A stretch of DNA of 64,000 nucleotides, from the NCBI GenBank assembly GCA_004022145.1, contig RCNU01000018.1. One strand, written 5' to 3'. Position numbers and translations under genes: made by a program. This DNA comes from Paecilomyces variotii (taxonomy: Eukaryota). Below the pieces are notes generated by a model, which had not been told where the DNA came from, did not search any database, and saw only the letters and a list, made by a program, of their open reading frames with translations. This document shows positions 1-11,622 of this stretch, in pieces; position 1 is the stretch's first letter; each line of letters begins with the position of its first letter.

Positions 1-1438
1 TCCTAATTACTAGTTAATAATAAGAACACCATACTTATTTTCTCGATGGAATGCCGGCCACACGCGTCTGGAATGTAGCTTGTACCGGAGAGGTAAAACT
101 GCATTGCAGCGTATTTTTCATCCGCGCGACGCGTATAACTTGCAATTGTCAGATTCTGCGCATAAGTCAAATCGGAAAGGTTCATCTGCTCAGTCACATA
201 TCGACGGTGAGACGATTTTACAACATGTCTATACCCGAAGAAAACTCCAGTAAGCACCTGTCTCTACCCCGTTGTTCGTTTCTCCTGACCGACCCACATC
301 GAACTTGAGCGATGTCAATTCCAACTTTCCAAGTGTTTCTTTGCGATGGCCAGTCCGATGGTTCGCTCGAGCCGAAACCTGGTCTAACCGTGGGACGGCT
401 CTGGAGGAATGACGGAAGGTCGCCCAAACAAAGATCTGTCTGTTGCACAGCCATTGCAATCGCCACAACTGGAGTAGCGGTAGAATAGCTGCAGGTAGAA
501 CAGCAGCTTTCCTTGCAGAGTATCATAATCCTAGCTAGTTCTTGCTGACAGACCACTTGTCGGTATCCGGAAACCGAGACAATAATAATGTTGTCTGACT
601 CTGTCATCCGGGATCGTGCGCATCCAAAAATAGTAGTAAAGCAGATCCGGGGGCGCACTCTGGGCAACCAAAAGAGCAAAGCTCCTGGTTGAGCTTCCAG
701 TCAGAGCCAACATGCTGAACCGACTAAACTGAGTCTGTGATAGTCTCGCTGAATCCAACATGCCGGCGCTTGAAGCTCCCGAACACTCCAGCAAACCATC
801 TGGGCGAATCGCAGTCACTGCAGGGCCAGCGAACCATCCAGGCGACGAGGAACAACAAAGACGAGCTGCTAGCCCAAACACTAGATGGTTATGGTTTCTT
901 GTTGACCTGGACCCGGCCTTTTAGCGTCAAAGCGCGGATCGACGCTTGTTTCCTCTCCTCTTCCACCATCTTCTGCGTCTGCAGAACACCGTCCTCCATG
1001 AATTGATTTCTGTCGTCTTGCTGTGCTCTCTGTGACAGTCACTCGCTTGCTCTCGAGAGCAGACAGTCGTTTTTGTGTTGTGTGTTGTCGCTGCAACCGG
1101 TCGTCGCACGTCCCTGTAGTGGGAAGTCTTGGTCGGTGTTTTGCTTCCGCTGTGTCTCAGTTTGCCCCGGGCGGTCTCCCACGACGCTTTTCGCCCTCTC
1201 GTTCGACGTCGACACGGACATCTTTTCTCTCGTTGTTTAATCAAAAATTTTGGTGATTTGACTGCCAACTGGAAGAAAGATAGATTCGATCAGGTCGGAT
1301 CTAGAGACGGTTAGAAATCGTGGTTGGTCGAACTGAATTGTGTTGAGGACCCCTCCTGTTTCCAGTACCGCTGTGGAGGCTCCTGACGCTTCTCCTTGCG
1401 TCCATTATCTCATTTGGACCTTTTAACTATCAATAACG

Positions 1439-2452
1439 ATGCGTTCGTTTACTTTTATCAGTTTGCTGTGTACGTTGCTCGTACTGGCGACGTTCTCTGC
1501 TGCATGGCCGTGGCCGCAGGGTGATACCTTGCGCCATGGCCTCCTCGTAGGAAAGCGGGCAGGTAAGAATCTGATTCAAGGGTGATTTTATCATCGTCAT
1601 TTTTATTTGCTAACGCCTCGAATATAGCGACATCAACAACTGAGGCAGCGAAGACAGAGGCGGCAAAGACAGAGGCGTCGAAAACAGAGGCGTCGAAGAC
1701 AGAGACGGCGAAAAAGACGGATGCCGCAGTCACATCAGCACCGACTGCGACCGGAACCAATACCGCCAAAGAGACAGGCACGCATACGGGAAAGGCATCG
1801 GGTACATCTAAGACTGGCACCGCCAAAGGCACCAAGACGAGTAGCAGCACATCCAGCATCTCCATCAATCCTGCAGCAGGTCCTGGAGGGATCAGTATGC
1901 TCACCCCCAGCGCCAATGCCCAGAGCACCTACTACAAGATTGGCGACTATGTCACCTTCAAGTGGAACTACACCTCTCTCTCGATTACCCCGTCTGCGGT
2001 CAACGTTGTGGCTTCATGCAGCTTGAACAGTGAGACCTACACGCTCTCGCACAACATGAGTGTCCATCCCACGGGAGCAGTGACGTGGGACACTGGAAAA
2101 TATCAGGCCTCTGCCACGGTTCCTCTGCTCACGGCGTCCTACACTCTCATCGTCTATGATGTGGACTCGAACCCCAGTGCTGTTGCTAGCGCTGGACACC
2201 TGAGCTCGCAGAACCAATACACCTTCGGCATGTACCTGCCTCAGTCGTATACTCCGCTGAATGGTAAGTTGCCCTGAGACCCTGGAGTAGATATGCTGTA
2301 CTAATGACTATGCAGCCTACGAGTGTGTCACTTGCAACGGTGCCATGTCGGAACTGGAGCGCCATGCGCTCGGATTCATGTTTACCATGGCGACGATTAC
2401 ATTTGTCTCCTTCACATGGTTCGCCGGCGGTTTTGGGGTCTTTTCTACCTAA
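1439..2452 (+). CDS. Ser/Thr-rich secreted, membrane-anchored protein (3 exons; tentatively DUF7137-like conserved fungal protein)
   Basis: ATG 1439 gives signal peptide MRSFTFISLLCTLLVLATFSAAWPWP then KR (Kex2-like). Introns ~1563-1627 and ~2264-2314 have GTAAG donors and CTAAY branch sites. The middle exon is ORF 1582..2277 (Thr/Lys-rich, then GGISMLTP..YYKIGDYVTFKWNYTSL). The last exon gives YECVTCNGA and a hydrophobic C-terminus, with TAA at 2450-2452. Confidence 0.85.
1639..1713 (+). repeat. Coding 15-bp tandem repeat, 5 units (TEAAK/TEAAK/TEASK/TEASK/TETAK)
   Basis: Units of the form acWgagRcRKcRaaR read directly in the sequence and in the translation. Confidence 0.9.
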
Positions 2453-4106
2453 GAGTGGGAAAGATGACTGCTTCACGCATCACACAACTTGATCTTCATG
2501 CATATACTTGGGTCTCCGTCTAGCGTTGCTGTTCAGCATTAAATTTGCATTCTCAGCTATAATAATCTGTCATGATGTACCGATTTGTTCAACTACGGCG
2601 GTGGGTTTGGCGTTTTTTTTTATGTGACACATAATCATATGGAATAGTTTTCTCTTACCGGTATATGCCTCACCTCCTTGCAATTTTTGAGGGCAACAGA
2701 ATCGGTGGCATTATTTCTGCGATAAATCGTCTTATTGATGGATGCCCCCATTTTCATTTTCCAGATGAATGACAGCGAAAGGATGACTCCACTGATTATG
2801 GTAGATAGAATGGAAAAAAAGGTACCATATTCCTCACATTTCTTATGCGCCAGAACTGAAACTTCCCCATCAGTGTAAGTATAAGTCGCCTCGCATTCTT
2901 CAGTAAGACGAGAGGCCCAAGGTTAGCGCTTCTTTGCACCATATAACTTCCCACCCTTGCTTCCTACAAAAGAGCTCTAATATATCGATGTAGTTTTAAT
3001 ACTTCGCAGCGAGTTATGTATTTTGTAATAACGCGTCCATCATGCGCGACTAATCGAAAAGTTATGTTTGTTTGTCAAACTCCATCCATACTACCTATCC
3101 CCCCCCCCTCTTCCTCCAGACACGATCTAGTGATACTTGATAGTGTGTGTAGGTATTGGTTCATTTTGTTTGCGTCCGCGTCCCTAAGGATCCTTTCTGC
3201 GGAAATCGGATCGAGCACCAGCGTACATCTATCTATCTTACACACTGACTGATAGCCCTGCAGATAGAGCAATCAGATCTGATAGTGTTTGAAGAGTTTG
3301 AAATGTGGCTATTATATTATATTATATTATAGTATATACGTCATTGTCCACGTGTATCGTGTCGTATCTATCCTACATGTGCATGGGTAGGTGGATAGAT
3401 GCTAGTTACCTACTTACTCTCCGCAGGTCCTGAATGAGATCTTTCTAGATCCTGAAAAGTTGAAGCTTCGATATGCATAAATATGAAGATAATACAATTC
3501 TTCTCTATTATACTGATTCAGACTGTTTGAAGACTATAGCTAGTTTAGTTAACTTATGTCGGCTATCTGTGTTCTAGATGCTTAGCAGCATACTGCGGGT
3601 TCAGGATTGGATTTCATGTTTGATCTGATGTTTTCTGCAAAATATGGAATGGATCCTTTATTTTTCCGTGGCTTGGCTTTGTTTTCCTCTTAATGTGTCT
3701 GTCTGTTTGGCTTGAGCTGCTGCTGCTGCTGCTGCCTTACCTTGTGTCTTTTCTTTTCAGGGAGAGAAATCGGTGGATGAGGAGTGGGAATTTTGATTGC
3801 CGAAGGAGAGTCACGCTCTTTGGCCTTTCCTTCTTTGTGCATAAAGGAGGGTGAGGAAGAAAAGTGAAAATGAGCCAGAAGTTTGTCCATATTGCTGCCA
3901 AGGGAGAAAGCTACAAATACCGGACAGAGAGCCAGACTGTTTGTCTTGTAGAGAGATCTATTTTTTTCTTACGTCTTTTTCTTCTTCGCTTTGCTTTCCC
4001 CCCTTACCCAGCCTGCGAAAAGCGCAAAAAAAAGGAGTCTTATTAGAAAGTGACGAGGAAAAAGTTCCAAATATAATAGCTACGCAAGAAACAACATTTC
4101 GAAAAC

Positions 4107-4586
4107 ATGCCAACCAAGCCAGAACGCACGATAGGGTTTATTTGGCCCAAAGATCCTCGTCCCGGAAACCCTCCACGATGGCCACGGCACTGGCGATTTC
4201 TCGATGTCCTATTCAACAAAGGCCCTGATATCTTCGTCGGTACGCTTGATGGGCCAAATGCGACGCCGCGTACTGCCCGTTGGTCGCGCTGGCAGGACTT
4301 GTACGGTCATCCGGATGATGGTGAAGAGGAGACCCGAGCTCCTTTTCCTGGGGCAGATCGTGGGTTGAAGAGATATGATTTCAGAACGAGAAGATATAAG
4401 ATCCCCGACGAAGCGACATGGAGTTATGTGCAATACTGCGACGATGGAAAGCGTGGATGGGGACGCGATGATATCGTGCACGAGGTGCCCCAGTACTTTT
4501 GGGATGTGAATGGCGCTGCGTATCCGGCTTGGGCTTGGCATGATCTTTATTATGGCCAAGATGCCGACTACCAATACCGAATCTGA
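4107..4586 (+). CDS. Hypothetical 159-aa Trp/Arg/Asp-rich protein, intronless
   Basis: Clean ORF with A-rich start context (aaaacATG) and protein-like composition (10 Trp). No domain recognised. Confidence 0.65.
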   Translation: MPTKPERTIGFIWPKDPRPGNPPRWPRHWRFLDVLFNKGPDIFVGTLDGPNATPRTARWSRWQDLYGHPDDGEEETRAPFPGADRGLKRYDFRTRRYKIPDEATWSYVQYCDDGKRGWGRDDIVHEVPQYFWDVNGAAYPAWAWHDLYYGQDADYQYRI

Positions 4587-4629
4587 GGGGATATGGATTT
4601 TTAAAGGTGGGAGCCGGTGCAAAACGCGC

Positions 4630-5802
4630 TCAAGCGCAGTTTTGATGATAGGCCTCCCAAGTGGTCGATTTCTTTCCGTCCGGAGTATCGACGGTTTTTG
4701 GACGGCGGATGGTCGGAAGTTGAGCGGTGTTGTCAATCATTTTGTTACACTTCACGCATGGCGTTTTCTTGATATCGGAATAAGAGCATATCATGTCCTG
4801 CATAAAGTCATCAGTAAGATGCTACATTTCATAGTGCAGTAGCCTCTTTTTGACTGAAGATGTACTCACGAGTAGGTAACCGAGGTCCCATTTTCGAGGA
4901 CGTAGATTCAAGCATATGGACACAGACGTCTCAAGCTTCGTTTTTGGCTTGCCAGGGTATTGTTTGTTGGACACCCGCCATTCTACCTTACCGTCCTCCT
5001 CCTGTCCGTGGATCTCTTGAATATCAAACGACATTCCAGCTTTTAATAGGACAACTGTGATCACATCTTCGTTTTTGCTCAGCAAGATCCGCACACCGGA
5101 CAAGCCTTTCTGTTTGAAGGACTCTACGACGCCTTTCCAGCCTCCGGCCGATAGAGCTTGCGCCCTCGACTGTTCTTCTTCGGTCTTCTTATGCCGTCGC
5201 TGACTGGTGTGCTCCTCCTTGTCAAGTTCCTCGAGAACTTTGTCGTAGTCATGCTCCCAGATTCCACTCGGCTGCGGGTAGTCGCCGTCGCACTCCTTCA
5301 TCTTCTCATCCATCCTGGCCCAGACAGCTCGCATTTCTGGGCTTTGCCACGCAGACACGAAGTCCTCGACCTCTGTGACACCATCGCGAGCAGCCTGAGA
5401 TAGCTGTTCGTATAGCATCTGCGGAGATTTCGGCACAGGCCTATTGGGACCCGCTCTCCGCGGGTTGACAATTGGAATAAGGGGAGCGAGAAGACGATCT
5501 GGTAGTAACGTCCGCAGTTGATGAATCTGTTCAGTATTAGCAAACAGCGAACATAGCAATGAAATTAGAAACACGCGCTTCCATTGTATTGGGCGCTGAG
5601 GGGTGCTAATATAACTCACTTTTGCCTCGAGTTCTTGCAATTTCCATAACGATGAGACTAGTTGCCTTTCAGAATTCCAATTTATGCTCTCTTTAGAAGC
5701 GACTTCAGATTTGATGCCTTGCTGATTACCCGCATTTTGCGCATTACCGCTCGATTGCGGGGTTGCTTGTGCCTTGGGGCCGACAGAGGGCACACTCGCC
5801 AT
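4630..5802 (-). CDS. med27: Mediator complex subunit 27 (fungal Med27 family), 3 exons
   Basis: Starts MASVPSVG. Contains LVSSLWKLQELEAK|IHQLRTLLPDRLL. Introns 5527-5619 and 4798-4869. C-terminus CLNLRPRKWDLGYLL|DMICSYSDIKKTPCVKCNK...WEAYHQNCA* carries the CxxC...HxxC Zn motif typical of Med27. Confidence 0.8.
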
Positions 5803-7251
5803 GACACCAGCGCTGTCCTCCCTGAAGGAGGAAAATAGCAATAAGCAGAGAAGGGAAGACTGAAAGAAATTGAGACTATGCTGCAATAAGCGTCTCTGTG
5901 ACGAGTTTTGCGCGAAAAGAGTTGACAGTCGAGCACAAGGTCAGCAATCCACCAGCACAAAAGGCGTCGTAACACTGGCAGCAAAATAGCTCTGACACAG
6001 GTGAAGAAACACTGATTAATGGTCTACAAAGCGCGCTGCTGGCCTCGAGAGGCTATGTACAGTACGAGGAGCCCAGTGTGGCCAATGAGAAAAGGAAATT
6101 CAAGAGATGCGAGATGCGCTAGAAGAAAGAGACAACTGCGGTACGTCCAGAGCCTACACCTCCAAGGAAGCCTTTATGCCTCTGATGGCTATATTGCATG
6201 CAACATAGATAATTCTGGTAGGGGAGAATGCGCGAAGATGGCGGAGCGATTAACCGCTGTGGTTGGAAGGAGTGCCATGTCGCATGCGCCACCTCAATTA
6301 CTGTACCAGCCACACGTGGCTGGTAAATGATGAATTTCAGCGCTCCCAACCCTATTCTTACTTGCAACTCTTACAGCATCTGAGTACGTAGATGTCTTTA
6401 TTACAAGATTTCGATAAAGGGAGCTAGCTAATACTTGTGACATCTTCATCTACTCGCCGCACTCGTTGGATTGATCTTCTGCTCCCTGTGAAGTTTCATG
6501 GAATCAGAAATGATTTCTGGAGCGCTGAATGCCACCACTTGGCAGCTTTCTTAATGTTGGTCTACTTAAGCTACAAGGCCTGGCTGTTAGTCGGGAAAAA
6601 GGTGTGGAAACAAATGGACTGTCCTCTACTGATTTCTTCAATTTCTAGCCCAAGCTGCGGACCGTTGAGAGGCATACAGTTTTACAATATTCAGATCTCG
6701 GTCCAGCACCATATAGATAGAATCGGAATCCTATTTATTTAATGGTCTGAAAATACTGCATTCTCCTGCGGGACTAATAACTGTCTTCATAAGAGACCCA
6801 ATGCGCCGTTGGTTGTGTATGGGGCGGTAAACCGCCGTCGGAGTTGAAAGAGAAGGTGGACGGGTACTATATAGAGGGACGTATAGGTATAATATTATTG
6901 CCATTAATACAATGCGATCTTGTGACGGTAGTGCTAAGTAGCTTCAACAATTGTAATTAGCCACCGCGTCAAGCCAGAAATGTGAAATCTTCGCTGACCA
7001 CCAGCCTCCGGGACGGGAGCCTTATAAGTAAACAAGGTATTTTCTGGTATTATAGGATAGAATTTATGCGGCGAGTGCATAGTGTCTTGGTATTTGGCTT
7101 TGACACGGTATTTTAGAAATGGGCGATCGCCGAGTCGGCGTTGATCATCAACGTTGAAGAGTTCCTGGAAGAAAGGACGAGAAAGCAGACATCGGAAAGT
7201 AATAACCTCTCGATATTACCGATAATAAGTTTCTAAGATTCGCTAAACGTG

Positions 7252-8024
7252 CTATTTTTGTCTCATAAGCCGACAGAAGTCTTCGTCTACATGGTTATTT
7301 GTATCAGCCATCGCTTCACATTCGTCGCAAGGTAGGATAAGTCCTGGAATACGTACAGTCAATCTTCCCGTCACCATTATGATCCGCTCGACGGAGCATC
7401 TCGTCTACCTCACTGTCTGTGACCTGGACACCGAATGAATTCATCACTTGCCGTAAGCATGATGCGGAAATGTAACCGTTGCCATCACGGTCAAAGATCA
7501 CAAACGCTTCACGCAGGTTGAGGTCAGAGTCGGATTCCTCATCGTCTCGACTTTGCATTACTCTGGCGAACTCTTGTAATCTGGTTCAGCATCACGATAT
7601 ACAAGTCTCGGATTGAATGACGTACCCGAAAATTGAATAGCGCCCTCCTTCTTCCCTGCGCCAATCTGCTTGATTACCTCTTCTAGCTCAAAGAGAGTGT
7701 ATTCCTGGCCAAAAGATCGCATAACCCCGGAGAGGTCCTTCACCGTGATGTTTCCTTCGGGGAATTATCAGTCGCTACTTGAAATTGACATATCCCTGTT
7801 TTGTTTGGATTTCTTCAACGGGGAGGCATACCATCTTTGTCTCTATCCTAGAGGAGCTAAGAGCATTAGATATGTGGAATTGATATTAAGAACGAAAACT
7901 CACAAGTAAAGCAAAGGCTTTCTGGTACTGCGACACTTGTTCAGCAGTCAATTGTTTCCCCTAGTGAAGAAAATGTCAACAAAAATCATGCACGGAGCAT
8001 GCGATTGGATGACGTATATACCAT
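7252..8024 (-). CDS. Divergent calmodulin-like protein, 6 exons, 151 aa
   Basis: Exons 8024-8022 (ATG only), 7960-7904, 7847-7832, 7754-7626, 7572-7357 and 7286-7252 total 456 nt, in frame, with all introns GT-AG. Product: [42 protein letters not shown]...[25 protein letters not shown]...[29 protein letters not shown]. Confidence 0.9.
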
Positions 8025-10332
8025 GCCACAACGATAGTGACCGAAACACCAGTAACTGCCGGAAAGATGGTATAACTTGGAGCGCTGGAAGGGATCTCGA
8101 TTAGAAGCACGGATATCTATGACCAGAAAAGAGAAGTTGGGTGATATTGTGAGGGCATAAACGCCCCCCCAGCATTAGAGATTCGGAGATCACCAACGAT
8201 CTCTGTGGACCAAGACAAAGTGCTGTGGAGAATTCCCATATAGGAGTGGCAAATACTCCAGCCGTCAGGGATCGGCATGTTGAGAGATAACCTCAATTCC
8301 GACAGGGCTGAGATTCACCTTCTCGAATCCGAAACTTAATCTAAAAATATCGGTCAATCTGTCAACTACTGTACGGATTAACTCGCAATAATAGGAAGCA
8401 GCTAAGCCACATTTTGCCATTTATTATATCCTTGTTATATAACAATGCAGTGGCGACGATGAATAAAGTGATAGTTGCGAACGGCCTTAACAGAAGGAGA
8501 AAAAGTACGCGCTGTCTCCATAAAGTGGAACCTGCCCATCGATTGAAAATCACCGGGGTGAATTTGAGAGGAGACCGGTATGCGAAGGTGCAATCACGGC
8601 CTCGGAGAGACCAATGTTTTCTCGAATTCAGAGTCTAACCTCAGAGAGCCCAGTTAACTAAATGCCACTAAGCGTGCCTAATACGAGTGGACAAATTGAT
8701 CGGTAATATGCCACGCGTCAGTGCGCTTTCCCCCAGAGGCCGACTCTATCTTTGTGCCATGCGTATGATGAAGTTTGGGACAAAGAGTCCCTACAAGTGG
8801 CCGATACAATCTCCATGTCACTGGCAATGGAGAGCCGTTTAGCTAGCCCACAAGAATTGGCAATGTTATAGCTCTGCTCCCGTAACGCTGACGCACTCTT
8901 AACAGCGTGAGACTCTTCCCAACGACGCTTGACTCCGAGTCGGTAGAATTCTTTTTTTGAGGCTTATTGTCGTACGTGACTTGGCTCTTCGCGCGGAGGC
9001 TCTGTCCGGCATACCAGTGATGGCCTGCCAGAAACGGACTGATCCCGAATCGCATATTTCCACCTCATCAATGACAACGTATTCATCGCAGAGGATCCGC
9101 TGATTTCCGGTTTCTCATCCGTCTCGAACGGACCACTTATGGACGTACCTCACCGCGAGTCCATTTCCTGTAGCGAGTGATTCAAGGGACGGAGTAGATG
9201 ACAGATCCCGAAATAGAGGCACTCTACAAGGCGTTGAAGATCCCTTGGTGCGAGGAAACCGCAAAATAAACCGCTCACTTAGTCTCCGTTAGCAGATAGC
9301 GATTATGCAAGCCATAGAAGCCGGTCTTTCCGGCCGCTGTTTTGCCTTTTTGATCGCGACATTTTGACAGCATGCTCTGAGGAATCACGTCAAAACGAAT
9401 CAATACCGGCAGACCAGCTGTTTCATACCATAGTAGTATGGAGTGCGATGCCAGGCTTTCATTGTCCATAATACCTGGCTCTGGAGCCAGCCCTGGAGAC
9501 GAGTCCGTGTGACATTATGCTCTGATATACCCTCGATAACAGCCCATATAACGCAGAACTTTTCAGTAATCAAGCTGTGACTGGCCCAGTACGTTCCACG
9601 AATAAACTCAACTGGAACTGTGGAAAATCCGCCCTTTATTCGAGAGACCCCTGGTAACCTGGTTTAACTACCTGGCCTTTCCCCATTTCCTATCTATGCC
9701 CCACTTGGTGAAGAAGGTCGGAAATTAATGGTTCTCGCAAAAGATTATCACTAGCAGAAGCACGGATAGTGTCTGCTAATATGGCGACATGAGTGATCAT
9801 GGATTACTGTCCCAAGTAGGTCAATTTGACGATGATTGAAAAACGAAGCATAACATCAGGAAGCAAGAGAACTGCGAAGATCTTGCCAAACGGCGCCTCA
9901 TAAGGCTGCTTTAGTTGCTTGTGCCAAGCCGTCAAAATTGCTAGTTTGCCTAACAGGTCAACTTTCCTGGCGCAGGTTCTTGGCAGGGCTGGCTATCAGA
10001 AGTAACTAGTTAACTAGTTAGTGCGGCTGATGCCAAAGCTGAGATGGTCACAAGTTGGACCTCAAGGACATCTCCGATTATACTTACTTAAAACCGAGCC
10101 ATCGAGGTCCTCATTCGGTCTAAATCACCCTTTACGGAGTACAGCGTTGAATCTCCAAATCTGTTACCCGATGCATTGAATCGGTAGATGTGGGAGAAAC
10201 GGTTCTTTTCTAGCTCACACACTGTTCCGAGGACTCCCCAAGCTCAAAGCTGCTCTGCTGTATTCGGTGTGACATGGGCTATTGAAAATGCAACAATTAT
10301 AGAATCATGGAAAGAAAGGAACCATCTCATAG

Positions 10333-11622
10333 TCAATGGTGCTCCTCTGTATCCTCATCGCTCTCGTCGTCATCCGTATATTCATAATTCTCGCCCCGAT
10401 TATCTTCCCCCGCAGTGACCTGTTTTGATGCAAGCTCCAGAAGGAGATTTGGATCTCCTCTATCCCAAGGCAAAGATGGTCCACAGTCAATGAGCCCCTC
10501 ATATTCATGTCCAAGTTCTTCCACAAAGGCTCGGAGCATGTTTTTGCTCATGTATTTTGACGGCGTTGCCCAGAAGGGCTTCCCTTCTTCGTCAGTTAAT
10601 ACCCCAATGGCGTCAGGAGTCTCTTGCTGCCATATGTGGCGGAGAACCTGCACACAATAATGGAAGTATACGTATCTCGCCCTTGGCCTGAATTGAGTTT
10701 TAAAGACTAGCCTCCTGTCTTGGAGAGCTGACCATTTCAGCCCTATCCACGGATGGATGAGCTTATCCAATTTCTTCCAATTGGGGTCAAGGATCCGAAT
10801 TTTGTATTGACGAGGGTCTCTTTTGACCCAGCCTTTAATATCGATAATGCTAGCGTGTTCTGGAATGTCTGGAACAAGGACAATCTTTCCAGAATCGAAA
10901 TATTTCTCAATGCACGTCGATATCATGAGGCCGTTCTTCGGCGAGAAGAGTTCAGGGGTGTCAGTAGTCCCAAAGATAGCATCCATAGTATCCTGCCCGT
11001 GCATCCATGCAAAGAGAGGTGCGGCAGTCATCTCACTTTCTGGTGTCCATCTTTCCAGGATTGGGCACCAAAGGAGGTCCTCCTCAGTAGGATGTCTACT
11101 CCCATATGCATCGATCGTGGCTTTTCGGACTTGGATCTGAAGCTTGCCATCTCTTTTTCCAGCGCCTGTATCTTTGATCTCTAGCCCCATCTGGCTTGTT
11201 GTAAAGAGCTTCACAAAGCTCGCTCGGAGAGAGTGGCTCCCTTTCTCTCCAACTTTTTCAGATCGCTGATCGCAGATTCGTCGCTGTACCTTATACGCCT
11301 TTATCCTTTCCAAAATAGACTTCGCTTCTTCGGTTGTCTCCCATTCGGATCTAGGCCCTTTGAAGTCTTGCAAGGAGATATTTCTTTCTGTTTCGGCTCT
11401 TTGGATCATAATGTTGTTGAATTCGGCAGTCTCGGCCCAGAATTCAGCATTGAATGATCCTTGTGGACGGAGCGTTTTCTTCGCAACTCTTAACATATCA
11501 TCTAGGCCCTTTTCGTGGGATTCGTTTTTGCTGTGAGTATTTTCGAAGGTGTGCTTGCTGGAATTTCGTGGAGAAATGCTTGGCCAATATAAGGATTGCA
11601 TTTCGCCAGAGGACAGAATCAT
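10333..11622 (-). CDS. Fungal HNH endonuclease-domain protein (HNH_2-like), true start uncertain
   Basis: 429-aa ORF with WCPIL...AA(P)LF...MDAIFG...LFSPKNGLMISTCIEKYFDSGKIVLVP, then L.F....RPRARYVYFHY and WATP.KYM. This motif string is characteristic of fungal HNH proteins. Acidic tail. Confidence 0.75.
   Translation of the reverse strand: MILSSGEMQSLYWPSISPRNSSKHTFENTHSKNESHEKGLDDMLRVAKKTLRPQGSFNAEFWAETAEFNNIMIQRAETERNISLQDFKGPRSEWETTEEAKSILERIKAYKVQRRICDQRSEKVGEKGSHSLRASFVKLFTTSQMGLEIKDTGAGKRDGKLQIQVRKATIDAYGSRHPTEEDLLWCPILERWTPESEMTAAPLFAWMHGQDTMDAIFGTTDTPELFSPKNGLMISTCIEKYFDSGKIVLVPDIPEHASIIDIKGWVKRDPRQYKIRILDPNWKKLDKLIHPWIGLKWSALQDRRLVFKTQFRPRARYVYFHYCVQVLRHIWQQETPDAIGVLTDEEGKPFWATPSKYMSKNMLRAFVEELGHEYEGLIDCGPSLPWDRGDPNLLLELASKQVTAGEDNRGENYEYTDDDESDEDTEEHH

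Noticed and set aside
1-1314. Several overlapping ORFs at the window start
   Set aside because: No recognisable domain or codon bias. Probably intergenic or the leader of a gene outside the window.
1639-1713. TEAAK repeats after a Kex2 site as a fungal RiPP (KEP/dikaritin) precursor
   Set aside because: The repeats are not separated by KR/RR sites, they sit in a Thr-rich stalk ahead of a folded domain, and no DUF3328 gene is nearby.
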